A stretch of 64,000 nt of DNA from Candidatus Ozemobacteraceae bacterium (GTDB taxonomy: Bacteria > Muiribacteriota > Ozemobacteria > Ozemobacterales > Ozemobacteraceae): assembly GCA_036567845.1 (NCBI GenBank), contig DATCTT010000187.1, positions 385-64,384 of the forward strand, written 5' to 3'. Each line of letters begins with the position of its first letter. The first letter of the stretch is position 1. The notes beneath the pieces are model-generated. The model was not told the origin of the DNA. It did no database searches and saw nothing but the letters and a program-made list of their open reading frames with translations. A program made the position numbers and the translations under genes. Below are positions 24,839 to 35,143 of the stretch, piece by piece.

Positions 24839-25999
24839 ATGCCTGGATACGAACTGCTTGGGCAGGAAGAATTTCTCGAGATCAAGGAAATTTTCGACAA
24901 AAGCCGGATTCTTTTCCGACATAGTTTTGACCACCTCAGGAATGGCGTCTACAAAGTCAGGGATTTCGAGCAGGCTTTCGCAAAACGAATGAAGGTTTCC
25001 CATGCCCTTGCCGTATCATCAGGAACTGCGGCACTGCGTGTTGGCCTCGCGGCCATGGGGATCGGGAAGGGAGACGAAGTCATCACCCAGAGTTTCACGT
25101 TCGTCGCAACGGTGGAGGCGATCATCGAGGCGGGGGCAACGCCCATCATCGCTGAAATTGACGAAACGCTGAATATCGATCCGGAAGACCTCAAACGGAA
25201 GATCACCTCGCGCACGAAGGCGGTCATGCCGGTTCACATGCTCGGCACGCCTGCTCGCATGGAAAAGATCCTTGAGATAGCGCGTGCAAACAATCTCCGA
25301 GTGTTCGAAGATTCCGCCTGGGGATGCGGAGGCACTCTCAATGGCCAACCCCTTGGTACGATCGGCGACATGGGCGCCTATAGCTTCGATTTTGCGAAAA
25401 CGATGACCACAGGCGAAGGTGGCATGCTGGTCACGAACAATGCGGAATTCTACGCAAAGGCTGCGGCCTATCATGATCATGGCCATGAAAACAATCCGAA
25501 TTTCCCCCGCTGGGAGGATTCCAGAAGCGGTACGGGGTTCAATTACCGTGTTACCGAGCTGCAGGGTGCCGTCGGGCTGGCTCAATTGAAAAAGCTGGAT
25601 GAAGTTGTCCGAAGGCAGCGTGAAAATGCTGATACCATCTGGACCGCGATCCGGGGAATTCCCGGTATCCAACGCCGCGAACAGCCCTCAGGAAGCGCGG
25701 GAACAGCCGATGCCCTGGTGTTTTTCGTGAACAATGCTGAAACAGCAAAAGCCTGTCGAAAAGCGCTCCTCGAAGCGGGAGCCGGAACGAAGATCCTTCC
25801 CGAAGCCATCACGTGGCATTTTGCCGGAACATGGACTCATATGCCCGAGCTCGTAGCTGCCAACGGAAATGATCTTGCCACGGCGTTTCCAGCATCGCTG
25901 AAAATTCTCGAGCGAGCCGTTGCCCTCCCAATCGTTGTCATGATGAACCCTGAATACCCGCAAAAGGTGGCGACAGCTCTTCGCACAGTCTTGAAGTAA
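24839..25999 (+). CDS. DegT/DnrJ/EryC1/StrS-family PLP-dependent sugar aminotransferase (PseC/LegC-like)
   Basis: Fold-type I AAT layout. SFDFAKTMTTGEGGML (PLP-lysine region). Confidence 0.85.
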   Translation: MPGYELLGQEEFLEIKEIFDKSRILFRHSFDHLRNGVYKVRDFEQAFAKRMKVSHALAVSSGTAALRVGLAAMGIGKGDEVITQSFTFVATVEAIIEAGATPIIAEIDETLNIDPEDLKRKITSRTKAVMPVHMLGTPARMEKILEIARANNLRVFEDSAWGCGGTLNGQPLGTIGDMGAYSFDFAKTMTTGEGGMLVTNNAEFYAKAAAYHDHGHENNPNFPRWEDSRSGTGFNYRVTELQGAVGLAQLKKLDEVVRRQRENADTIWTAIRGIPGIQRREQPSGSAGTADALVFFVNNAETAKACRKALLEAGAGTKILPEAITWHFAGTWTHMPELVAANGNDLATAFPASLKILERAVALPIVVMMNPEYPQKVATALRTVLK

Positions 26000-26029
26000 T
26001 TTCTCAATCTTGAATTAACCGCTCAATTC

Positions 26030-27637
26030 ATGGAACCATTTGCCGTCGTCATCCCCGCTGTCAAGAAGAGCGTCGCCTTTGCGGACGATCTCATCAAAAA
26101 ACTTGATGGGATAACGCTCATTCAGCGCGCAATAGACAAGGCAAAGGCGATTGCTCCGGCGAATGCGATCCTTGTCGTTACCGATTCCCAGGAGATTTCC
26201 CTGATCTGTGAAAGGAATGCCGTGTCCTTCACGTATGACAGGGAAATGAGGCTTCAAAGTGAAGATTTGATCCAGGACCTGAAACCAGTCCTTCGCACAA
26301 TGGCCCGTAGGTTCCAGGATCTTATCGTCCTTTCCCCCTATACCCCGACGTTGCGGCCCGAAGTCATTCGTACCGGATACCGGCTGTTTCAGCAGATGGA
26401 GTATGACCTTCTGACAACCGTCAGAGAGGTTCATCACCGGTTGTATCTCGAGGGGAACAAACAGGCAGAGAGTTCCCAGGCGGTCCGAAACGATGGCAAG
26501 TATCTCGTGGAGGTGAACGGATTTCTCATCCTCCGCTCGAAAGTTGTTGGATCAATCCCCAGTCGGATCGGGACATACCCGGTCGATGACAGCATCGTCG
26601 AGATCCGGAATTATCAGGACTGGTGGGTATGTGAAAAACTCCTCCGCCGGAAGCGGATCGTGTTTCGTGTGATCGGGAACAACGACGTGGGAATGGGGCA
26701 CATTTTCCGCTCCCTGGCACTCGCACACGAAATTTCAAACCATGAGGTCATCTTCGTCTGCGATGAGGAGAGCCAGCTTGCGGTAAATGTCATCGCCGGT
26801 TCGGACTATCTGATCCTCACATTTTCCGGAAAAACGATCGAGCGCGACATCATTGCGTTGAGGCCGGAATTGGTGGTTAATGACATTCTGGATACCAATG
26901 CGGAGTATATCCGGGCGCTTCAGGCGAATGGAATCAAAGTGGTGAATTTCGAAGATCTTGGTACTGGGGCGGCCTGTGCGGACATTACCTTCAACGAATT
27001 ATACGACCGTCACCAAATTGCAGGAAGGAATATCCGGTGGGGACATCGGTATTATTTTTTGAGAGACGAATTTCTCGGTGCCCGGCCGATCGAATTCCGC
27101 GATCCTCCACAGAATGTCCTTATCACCTGTGGTGGAACCGATCCGAATGATCTGACGCGATTTGCCTTGGAGCAGGTGCTTCCCATATGCCGGGAGCATC
27201 ATTTGAAAATTTTTGTGGTGGTTGGCGAAGGGTATCGTCACAGAAAAGAATTGGAAAAACTGATTTTCTCGACGAAGCATGTCGAGATCGAATATTCGTA
27301 TGCCACGGGGGTCATGTCAAAATACATGGAGCGTGCTGATCTGGCGGTTTCCTCGAATGGCAGGACTGTATATGAGCTTGGTCATATGAACATTCCAGCT
27401 ATTGTCATTGCTCAAAATGACCGCGAAAAAACGCATGCATTTTCAACGTTGAAGAATGGGTTCGTCAATCTCGGCTTGTTCGATCCGGGGAAAACCGGCA
27501 AACAATTGAAAAATCATTTCCGCCGTCTCGTCAGCGATGCCGGATGGCGCAGGAAGTTGATGGAAAACGCGAAGAGATTTAATTTTCTCAAAAACAAGCG
27601 GAAGGTCGTTGCCTTGATCGAGGGACTTCTTGCATGA
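26030..27637 (+). CDS. Two-domain protein: degenerate cytidylyltransferase-like N-domain + PseG/SpsG-like UDP-sugar hydrolase (GT28-C-like) domain
   Basis: C-domain RVIGNNDVGMGHIFRSLALAHE parallels the PseG N-terminal G..G.GH..R motif. N-domain resembles CTP_transf_3 but lacks a clean GxSxR motif. Confidence 0.6.
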   Translation: MEPFAVVIPAVKKSVAFADDLIKKLDGITLIQRAIDKAKAIAPANAILVVTDSQEISLICERNAVSFTYDREMRLQSEDLIQDLKPVLRTMARRFQDLIVLSPYTPTLRPEVIRTGYRLFQQMEYDLLTTVREVHHRLYLEGNKQAESSQAVRNDGKYLVEVNGFLILRSKVVGSIPSRIGTYPVDDSIVEIRNYQDWWVCEKLLRRKRIVFRVIGNNDVGMGHIFRSLALAHEISNHEVIFVCDEESQLAVNVIAGSDYLILTFSGKTIERDIIALRPELVVNDILDTNAEYIRALQANGIKVVNFEDLGTGAACADITFNELYDRHQIAGRNIRWGHRYYFLRDEFLGARPIEFRDPPQNVLITCGGTDPNDLTRFALEQVLPICREHHLKIFVVVGEGYRHRKELEKLIFSTKHVEIEYSYATGVMSKYMERADLAVSSNGRTVYELGHMNIPAIVIAQNDREKTHAFSTLKNGFVNLGLFDPGKTGKQLKNHFRRLVSDAGWRRKLMENAKRFNFLKNKRKVVALIEGLLA

Positions 27638-28329
27638 GGAAAATTGTGGGAATCATTCAGGCGAGGATGGGTGCGACCCGCCTCCCCAACAAAATGATGC
27701 TCTGGCTTCACGGGCACCCCATCATCGAATGGGTTGTGCGACGAGCCGGGGCCGCGCAAAAGCTTGATGGGCTTCTCGTGGCTGTCCCGGAGGGAGACGG
27801 CGACGATGTTCTTGCATCATATCTTGTGCGGCAGGGAGTGTCGATCTTCCGTGGGAGTGAGAAGGACGTGGTTGACCGGTTCTATCAGGCTGCGCGCAGC
27901 GTTGGCGCGACTCATGTGGTCCGGATCTGTGCAGACAATCCGTTGATCTGCGGTACGGAAATCGACCATCTGATCGATTACTATTTTGCGAAGAACTATG
28001 ACTATGTCTATAACCATATTCCGAAGAACAACTCCTATCCGGATGGATATGGCGCGGAGATCATCTCCTTCGAAATTCTCGAAAGAATCTGGAAGGAATC
28101 GGTAAAGCCGGAACATCGGGAACACCTCTTGAACTATATATGGGATAATCCAAACGCCTTTTCCATTGCCACATTCGATCCACCGGATGTGAAGCTGGCC
28201 CGGCCCGACGTTCGGCTTGATATCGACCGCATGGCTGACTACGCCATGATGCTTGCCAAACCCCTGCGGATTGACATGGGGGCTAGGGAAATACTGGAAG
28301 TATGGAATGAAGGGGGGGGACACTGTTGA
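27634..28329 (+). CDS. Acylneuraminate/pseudaminate cytidylyltransferase family (PseF/SpsF-like, CTP_transf_3)
   Basis: IIQARMGATRLPNKMM matches the IPARxGSxRLPGK motif. ATGA overlap with the upstream gene. Confidence 0.75.
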   Translation: MRKIVGIIQARMGATRLPNKMMLWLHGHPIIEWVVRRAGAAQKLDGLLVAVPEGDGDDVLASYLVRQGVSIFRGSEKDVVDRFYQAARSVGATHVVRICADNPLICGTEIDHLIDYYFAKNYDYVYNHIPKNNSYPDGYGAEIISFEILERIWKESVKPEHREHLLNYIWDNPNAFSIATFDPPDVKLARPDVRLDIDRMADYAMMLAKPLRIDMGAREILEVWNEGGGHC

Positions 28330-29384
28330 AGAAAAAACTGGCAGATCTGATTGCCTGTGGCCCAAAGAACGAGATTCAACGGCCGTATATCATCGCCGAA
28401 GCCGGTGTGAATCACGAAGGGAGCATGGAGATTGCCTTTCGCCTCATCGCTGAAGCCGCCGATGGAGGGGCTGATGCCATAAAATTTCAGACCTACAAGG
28501 CCGAAACTCTTGCTTCGAGATTCTCACCCTCCTACTGGGATACCTCGAAAGAACCCACACGCAGCCAGTATGAGCTGTTCAAAAAGCATGACCGGTTTTG
28601 GAAGCATGAATGTGAACAACTGAAAGCCGAATGCGATCGCAGGGGAATCGAATTTTTCAGCACGCCGTTCGATATTGAGTCTGCCACATTTCTCAATGAG
28701 ATGATGTCGGTGTTCAAGATTTCCTCCTCAGATATTACGAACCGGCCATTCATCGAGTTCATGTGTGGTTTCAAAAAACCCGTACTTCTTTCTACGGGGG
28801 CATCGTTCCTGCATGAAGTCGAAGAAGCCGTCTCGTGGATCCGACCGTTCGGCGTCCCCTTGGGATTGATGCACTGCGTCCTGAATTATCCGACGGCAGA
28901 TGAGAATGCACATCTTGGAATGATCGGCCAATTGCGTGCGAAGTTCTCCGATTGTGTCATTGGGTATTCGGACCATACGCTGCCTGGCGATATGCACAAT
29001 CTCGAGATTGCCACCCTGCTTGGGGCAGAAATTCTTGAAAAACATTTCACCCACGATAAAACCCTTCCGGGGAATGACCATTATCATGCGATGGACCATG
29101 AAGATCTTCGGCTGTTTCGCCAGTCGTTCGATCGCACCCTGACGGTCATCGGATCCCGTGAGAAAAAGCCGCTGCCCTCCGAACAGCCTGCCAGGGAGAA
29201 CGCTCGCCGCAGCCTGGTTGCTGCCCGCGACATCCCGGAAGGGAAAACAATTGAATATGCCGACCTCACGTGGAAACGCCCGGCCCATGGGATCAGTCCG
29301 AAGGAGATCGCGGGAGTCGTCGGGAAGGTTGCTGCTTGTGCAATAGCCTACGATACGGTTCTCCAATGGTCGATGTTGGGCTGA
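28326..29384 (+). CDS. N-acetylneuraminate synthase family (NeuB/PseI/LegI-like) with C-terminal SAF domain, copy 1
   Basis: YIIAEAGVNHEGSMEIAFRLIAEAADGGADAIKFQTYKAETL is the NeuB TIM-barrel opening. C-terminal SAF (DIPEGKTIEYADLTWKRP). Confidence 0.85.
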   Translation: MKKKLADLIACGPKNEIQRPYIIAEAGVNHEGSMEIAFRLIAEAADGGADAIKFQTYKAETLASRFSPSYWDTSKEPTRSQYELFKKHDRFWKHECEQLKAECDRRGIEFFSTPFDIESATFLNEMMSVFKISSSDITNRPFIEFMCGFKKPVLLSTGASFLHEVEEAVSWIRPFGVPLGLMHCVLNYPTADENAHLGMIGQLRAKFSDCVIGYSDHTLPGDMHNLEIATLLGAEILEKHFTHDKTLPGNDHYHAMDHEDLRLFRQSFDRTLTVIGSREKKPLPSEQPARENARRSLVAARDIPEGKTIEYADLTWKRPAHGISPKEIAGVVGKVAACAIAYDTVLQWSMLG

Positions 29385-29395
29385 GAGCCCCGGCA

Positions 29396-30556
29396 ATGAA
29401 GAAGCTCTCCGAAGAGATCGCGCATTATCTTCAACGGCTGTTTCCCCTGAACCGGAGTCTGACCGGTGAGGGGAATCGTGAAACCCTGCGGATCATCAGC
29501 GAAATCGCTCCCGTCCGCCTTTTTGAGTATCCCTCCGGAAGTCGGATTTATGATTGGATGATCCCGGATGAATGGCATGTTCGTGAAGCCTGGATCAAAG
29601 ACTCCAGCGGCCGAATTCTCGTCGATTTCCTCAGGAACAACCTCCATCTGATGGGGTACAGTGTCCCGGTGCGGCGGACCATGTCGTTTGCAGAATTGCG
29701 GCCGCATCTGCATGTGCACCCGTTCCTGAAAGACGCCATTCCCTACCATACCAGCTACTTCAAGAAACAATGGGGTTTTTGCCTTTCAACCGAACAGCTG
29801 GAAAGCCTGTTCTCCCCTGAGGGGATCTATGAGGTCTGCGTCGACTCTGAGCTGAAGCCGGGAAGCCTTACTGTCGGTGAAATCCTGCTTCCCGGGACCT
29901 CGCAAAAGGAATATCTTGTCTCGACCTACATCTGCCATCCCTCGCTGGCGAATGACAATTTGAGCGGAATCCTCCTGACCGCTCTTCTGGCGCGAGAATG
30001 GGCCACCCGCAAGCGAAACTTTGGATACCGGTTCATCTTTGTCCCGGAAACGCTTGGCGCCCTCGCCTACTGCGCCAACAACGAAGCGGCTGTGAAAGAT
30101 CTCATGGGTGCTTTGGTTGTGACAGGAGTGGGCGGCCCAGGTTCTTTCAGCTACAAGCAGAGCTTTCAGAAAGAACACTTTTTGAATGGCATGGTTGAAG
30201 ATACGCTCAATGAATTGCACCGGGCATTTCTGACCTATCCCTTCGATATTCATGGCTCCGATGAGCGGCAGTATTCCTCGCCCGGATTTCGGATCAATAC
30301 CGTCACGATTTCGCGGGATCGGTACTACGAGTATCCGGAATACCACTCCTCCCTCGATAACCTGGAATTCGTCCGGCCCGAGTATCTCCTTTCCTGTTAC
30401 GAGGCCTATCTCCGGCTCCTCGAAAAAATGGATCAGAACCTCGTATTCATCCGAACCGAGCCTCACGGGGAACCGCGTCTCGGAGCGCGGGGATTGTATC
30501 CCGAGACGGGGGGGGGCAGCGGCCCGAACGGCATGGAAAGAGTGAGCTGGACCTGA
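29396..30556 (+). pseudogene. DUF4910 (aminopeptidase-like) protein truncated by a frameshift in a G9 tract; C-terminal winged-helix segment continues in +1 frame to 30690
   Basis: G9 run at 30507-30515. A G10 would read ...ETGGGQRPERHGKSELDLILWIAFLADGSMNLYEMARKLDVPLEEVYRIALKMEGAGVLRRI* (stop 30690), giving 431 aa, the expected full DUF4910 length. The present frame stops at 30556. Confidence 0.6.
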
Positions 30557-30883
30557 TCCTTTGGATTGCCTTCCTGGCGGACGGTTCCATGAATCTCTAC
30601 GAAATGGCTCGGAAGCTGGATGTGCCTCTCGAGGAGGTATACCGCATTGCCCTGAAGATGGAAGGAGCTGGCGTGTTGCGGCGGATTTAGCGTGGATACT
30701 GTGTGAGGCTGGTTGGAACCGGGGGAAAGCTTGACTAAACCCGGGGGTTCTTGTAGCTTGCTTCTTGGAAACGAGGCGGCAACGCCGGCCGGGAAAGCCC
30801 TGGCGCCGGATGGGCGGGAATACGTCGGAAAACATGCCGCCGGTGAGAAAACTGCGGAACACCCGGAATCCGAGGGAGATATC

Positions 30884-31303
30884 GTGCGCGATTATGCGTT
30901 TTCCGATCTGAAAACCGGGCATCAGGAATCTTTCTCCGTCACTCTTTCGGATGAGATGATGGAACAGTTTAAAAATATAACTGGTGATATTAATCCGTTG
31001 CATCTCGATGCGGAGTATGCCCGGAAGGCCGGTTTCCCAGATCGTGTTGTTTATGGGCTTTTGACCGCATCGTTCTATTCGACCCTCGTGGGGGTGTATC
31101 TGCCTGGAAAGTATGCCCTCTTCCTGGGTGCAAAAAAAATGAATTTCCATCGTCCGGTATTCGTTGGTGACCGGCTGACCGTCACCGGAACGATTGCAAA
31201 TCTGAACGAGGCATTCAAGGTCATCGAAATCAAGGCAACGATCGTGAATCAGCGTTCGGAGCTTGTCTCTGACGCAAGTTTGAATGCCAGTTCCCTGAAA
31301 TGA
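30884..31303 (+). CDS. MaoC-like (R)-specific enoyl/3-hydroxyacyl dehydratase, hot-dog fold
   Basis: FKNITGDINPLHLDAEYARKAGF matches the hot-dog SGD.NP.H.D motif. GTG start at 30884 with GAGGGAG RBS. Confidence 0.7.
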   Translation: MRDYAFSDLKTGHQESFSVTLSDEMMEQFKNITGDINPLHLDAEYARKAGFPDRVVYGLLTASFYSTLVGVYLPGKYALFLGAKKMNFHRPVFVGDRLTVTGTIANLNEAFKVIEIKATIVNQRSELVSDASLNASSLK

Positions 31304-32115
31304 GCCGTTCTGAAACCATGGAGCACATTGCACGAATTCTCGCTGAAAAAACCAGAGACCGATTTGCCACGATTCACATCGATGCTGCCGGTTTGATTCG
31401 GCTGGGCGAGACAAATGACGAGCGCCTGAACAATTTCGAGCGGATCCTGACCACGGCGGAGAGTCTGGGAGGAAACTTTGCTGTTCCCGTTTTTTCATAT
31501 TCTTACGGGAAGAATGAAGTCTTCAACATTCTTGAGACGCCCTCCACGGTTGGCCGGGTCACCGAATACCTGAGGAAACGTCGTCCACATCGGCGGACGG
31601 TCGATCCATTCTTTTCGTTCCTGCTTTACGGAAATGTGGGAATGGCACATTGCCTTGTCCGGGATTATGAATGTTTTGGGGACCAGTCGCTTTTTGCCGA
31701 GCTTCATCAGCTTGACGGGTATGTGTGCTGTATTGGGAATGTCTTTTACAACATTCCGACGGAAGTCCATTATTTTGAACGGAAGTTGGGCGTCGATTAC
31801 CGGTTCAACAAGGAGTTTTCGGGAACGCTCGTGGACGTGGATGGACATCCTCATCCGCAGAAAGCTGTGTATTTTTGCCGGAAAGATCCGAATAGCCTTG
31901 AGGCGGATTTCACGCGACTGGAACGGGATCTTCTCGCGAATTGCCTTTTTGAATATTGGCGCGCGGAAGAGGTCGAGTTCGAAATCCAGGCGATCTCGAT
32001 GCAGCGCCTGTTTGCATTCATTCAGACAAAGGTTGCTGGTAATCCCCACTATCTGTGTTCGCCAGTGGACGCTTACCTCGAAAACAAAAAAAGGCGGAAG
32101 CTGGGGATTATCTGA
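31300..32115 (+). CDS. AAC(3)-family (Antibiotic_NAT fold) N-acyltransferase-like protein
   Basis: ATIHIDAAGL...GNFAVPVFSYSY...VDPFFSFLLYG parallel AAC(3) motifs (VHSSL.. / GTLVMPT.T / DP.F). ATGA overlap with the MaoC gene. Confidence 0.5.
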   Translation: MSRSETMEHIARILAEKTRDRFATIHIDAAGLIRLGETNDERLNNFERILTTAESLGGNFAVPVFSYSYGKNEVFNILETPSTVGRVTEYLRKRRPHRRTVDPFFSFLLYGNVGMAHCLVRDYECFGDQSLFAELHQLDGYVCCIGNVFYNIPTEVHYFERKLGVDYRFNKEFSGTLVDVDGHPHPQKAVYFCRKDPNSLEADFTRLERDLLANCLFEYWRAEEVEFEIQAISMQRLFAFIQTKVAGNPHYLCSPVDAYLENKKRRKLGII

Positions 32116-32117
32116 GT

Positions 32118-33941
32118 ATGAATCCGACGCAAGTGGATCAGGTTTTTCAGTATCCGTTCCAGGGGCAGGAGTTGCTTGCAAAGCAGAATCGGTGGCGGCG
32201 TCTCCTTCTGGAACAGAGTGACTCCTTCGAACCGAAACGCATTGCCATTCTCGGAGGGTCCACCACGTTCAACATCAGGAATCTCCTCGAGCTGTTTCTG
32301 TTGCGGAAGGGGTTCAAACCTACCTTTTATGAATCTGGCTACAACAGATACTTCGAGGAAGCCGTTTTTGAAATGGAGGGCCTGAAGGCATTTCAGCCGG
32401 ACGTGGTGTATATCCATACGACATCCCACAACCTCCTGTATCCGCCCTTGCCGGATGATTCGGCCGAGTGTGTCGAAGAGAAGCTGAATCAGGAGCTTGG
32501 AAGATATCGTCGCATCTGGCAGTCGCTCCAGGATCATTTCCCGTGCGCCATCATCCAAAACAATTTCGAGCTTCCCCTGAATCGGGTTCTTGGAAATCTC
32601 GATTCATCAGCGGTCCAGGGGATGTCCAGATTCATTCTGAGGCTGAATCTGGCCATGGGGGATGCGGTGAGAAGCATGCCCCGCCTGTATATAAATGACA
32701 TCCATTATCTGGCGAGCCTGACGGGGTTGGAGCGCTGGCACGACAGTCGCCTCTGGTATTCCTTCAAGTATGCCCTCAGCTTCGATGCCATGCCCATCCT
32801 TGCGAACAATCTTGCCTCCATTGTCAGTGCCTTGTATGGGAAAACTCAGAAGGCCCTTGTGGTCGATCTCGACAACACCATGTGGGGAGGGGTGATTGGC
32901 GACGATGGACCGTCGGGAATCGAGATCGGGAAGGAAAATCCACGGGCTGAGGCGTTTTCCGACCTGCAGCTCTATGTGAAGAACCTTCACCGGCGTGGAA
33001 TCGTGCTCGCCGTGAGCTCCAAGAATGAAGAGATGATTGCACGAGAAGGGTTTGAGCGCCCGGAGAGTGTCTTGAAACTCACTGATTTCCAGTCCTTCAA
33101 GGCAAATTGGGAGCCCAAGCCCGACAATCTTGTCAAAATCGCTCAGGAGCTGAATCTGGGGCTCGACAGCCTGGTATTTCTCGACGACAACCCGGCGGAA
33201 CGAGAAATCGTTCGGGCCAGGCTGCCCATGGTGAAAGTCCCCCCTCTGGGGGATAGCGTGGAGGAATTCATTGGCCACCTTGACAAGGGCGGCTGGTTCG
33301 AGCCGGTCTTTCTCTCGGCGGACGATCTGGAACGGAACCGGTATTATCACGAAAATCGCAGCCGAGAGGAACTGAAGAACTCCACCTCGACGATTGGTGA
33401 CTTTCTCGCATCCTTGCAGATGACGGCCGAAATTTGCGCGTTTTCTCCCCCCAGCCTCCAGCGGATCACCCAACTCATCAACAAGACCAATCAGTTCAAT
33501 CTGACCACCCGTCGATGCAATCTCGCCGAGGTGGAATCAATGATGAATGGGAAGGAATATATCACCCTGTGTGGCAAGCTCTGCGATAAGTTTGGGGATA
33601 ATGGTTTAATCACGGTCCTCGCGGGGAAGATCACCGGGGATACGGTTGAAATCATCCTCTGGCTGATGAGCTGTCGTGTTCTTCAGCGAGGGGTCGAGGA
33701 TGCAATGATGGACAGGCTGGTGGAGGAGGCCAGGGCCAGGGGAATTCGGAACATCGTCGGGGTTTATCTCCCGACGGCAAAAAATGGCATGGTCAAAGAG
33801 CATTATCTCAAAATGGGATTCACCCGGATGGAAGAGACCGGAGACGAAATGGCAAAATGGATATTCAGGATTCCGGAGAGCTACAGTCCGAGGAACCGCT
33901 TTATCAAAATATCTGCAGTTTCATCGCAAAAAAAGGACTGA
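32118..33941 (+). CDS. FkbH-like protein (HAD-IIIC phosphatase domain + C-terminal GNAT-like domain)
   Basis: LVVDLDNTMWGGVIGDDG (HAD motif I DxDxT), LAVSSKNEE, FLDDNPAERE (motif III). C-terminal domain as in FkbH/OzmB glyceryl-ACP-forming enzymes. Confidence 0.75.
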   Translation: MNPTQVDQVFQYPFQGQELLAKQNRWRRLLLEQSDSFEPKRIAILGGSTTFNIRNLLELFLLRKGFKPTFYESGYNRYFEEAVFEMEGLKAFQPDVVYIHTTSHNLLYPPLPDDSAECVEEKLNQELGRYRRIWQSLQDHFPCAIIQNNFELPLNRVLGNLDSSAVQGMSRFILRLNLAMGDAVRSMPRLYINDIHYLASLTGLERWHDSRLWYSFKYALSFDAMPILANNLASIVSALYGKTQKALVVDLDNTMWGGVIGDDGPSGIEIGKENPRAEAFSDLQLYVKNLHRRGIVLAVSSKNEEMIAREGFERPESVLKLTDFQSFKANWEPKPDNLVKIAQELNLGLDSLVFLDDNPAEREIVRARLPMVKVPPLGDSVEEFIGHLDKGGWFEPVFLSADDLERNRYYHENRSREELKNSTSTIGDFLASLQMTAEICAFSPPSLQRITQLINKTNQFNLTTRRCNLAEVESMMNGKEYITLCGKLCDKFGDNGLITVLAGKITGDTVEIILWLMSCRVLQRGVEDAMMDRLVEEARARGIRNIVGVYLPTAKNGMVKEHYLKMGFTRMEETGDEMAKWIFRIPESYSPRNRFIKISAVSSQKKD

Positions 33942-33948
33942 TCATCGC

Positions 33949-34191
33949 ATGGATGACCAAATGATGCTGAATAAAATACAGGATATATTTCGTGATGTGT
34001 TCGACAAGTCCGACTTGGTCATATCCCGTGAAACGAACTCGGATCAGATCGAAGAGTGGGATTCCCTGAATCACATCAATCTCGTCGTTGCCATCGAGAA
34101 GCAGTTCAAGATCAAATTCACCTTGGCCGAGCTGCAGCCGTTGAAAAATGTCGGGGAAATGATGGATGTGATGCAGAAAAAGCTGTCTTGA
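33949..34191 (+). CDS. Acyl carrier protein
   Basis: ~80 aa with EEWDSLNHINLVVAIEKQFKI (DSL phosphopantetheine site). Confidence 0.7.
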   Translation: MDDQMMLNKIQDIFRDVFDKSDLVISRETNSDQIEEWDSLNHINLVVAIEKQFKIKFTLAELQPLKNVGEMMDVMQKKLS

Positions 34192-34224
34192 AGACAGGCA
34201 ATGGGGAACAGCTGGGAGTAATTT

Positions 34225-34986
34225 GTGGACCAGAAATCAGGGGATGCGGATGTCGTAAATTCCGATGCGCTGTTGGTGATAGGTGCTTCTTCGTCCGTTG
34301 GGAAGGAGTTGATTCGCCTCCTTGCACCTCGTGAATCGAAGATTTTTGCGCATTTTCATCATGACAGGGCGGAACTTGAACGGTTACAGGAGGAGTTCGG
34401 CGCCCGGCTCGTTCTCGTTCAGGCTGATCTCGCGGAAGAAGCATCCGTTGACGCTCTCGTGGAACGGGTCTCATCGGAAGCTCTTCCTCGGAAGATTGTG
34501 TTTCTGGCGGCTCCACCACTCTCTCTGACCAGATTCAAGGACCTTTCGTGGGGGGATTTTCAAAACCATATCGATATCCAGGTGAAAGCTGCCGTGAGGA
34601 TCCTGGGGTGTTTCCTCCCTGCAATGACGACTGCGCGATATGGGCGAGTCGTATTTATGCTGTCGAGTTACACCCTGGGAGTTCCACCGGGTGCGCTTGC
34701 TCATTATGTTCTAGGGAAGTATGCCGTTCTGGGACTCATGAAAGCGCTTGCCGCGGAATACGCGGGAAAGAATATCTGTGTAAATGCTGTTTCGCCATCG
34801 ATGATCACGACGGATTACCTTGCCAATATTCCCGAAAAAATCGTCGAGCTGACAGCGCAACAGCATCCGCGCAAGAAAAATGCTTTGCCAGCAGAAATCG
34901 CTCCGGTTATTGCTTTTTTGTTATCCGAAGGGGCGGGCTATCTCACGGGGGCCAATATTCCCGTGACCGGTGGCTCCCAGTTCTGA
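34225..34986 (+). CDS. SDR-family oxidoreductase (3-oxoacyl-ACP reductase-like)
   Basis: LVIGASSSVGKEL (TGxxxGxG-like), YxxxK (YVLGKYA), NAVSPSMITT. Confidence 0.8.
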   Translation: MDQKSGDADVVNSDALLVIGASSSVGKELIRLLAPRESKIFAHFHHDRAELERLQEEFGARLVLVQADLAEEASVDALVERVSSEALPRKIVFLAAPPLSLTRFKDLSWGDFQNHIDIQVKAAVRILGCFLPAMTTARYGRVVFMLSSYTLGVPPGALAHYVLGKYAVLGLMKALAAEYAGKNICVNAVSPSMITTDYLANIPEKIVELTAQQHPRKKNALPAEIAPVIAFLLSEGAGYLTGANIPVTGGSQF

Positions 34987-35143
34987 CATCCGCGGGCTGG
35001 AGAGTTGCTTTACATGGGACCCAATTCGGGGTATGCTTGCATGCCTCCGAGTGATTGGTGCGCCGATTTTGTGACGTGAAATTCCCGGATGCCGACAGAG
35101 GTGCTTCGGTAGTTGTGCATTGCTGAATATCGGGAGAATACAT

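Noticed and set aside
30507-30515. Treating the G9 frameshift as a definite biological phase-variation switch
   Set aside because: Homopolymers are error-prone, so it cannot be distinguished from an assembly artefact without reads. It is kept as a finding with that caveat, and the gene is annotated as truncated.
29786-31498. 570-aa minus-strand ORF
   Set aside because: Antisense across DUF4910, MaoC and the N-acyltransferase. The plus-strand genes have recognisable motifs and operon packing.
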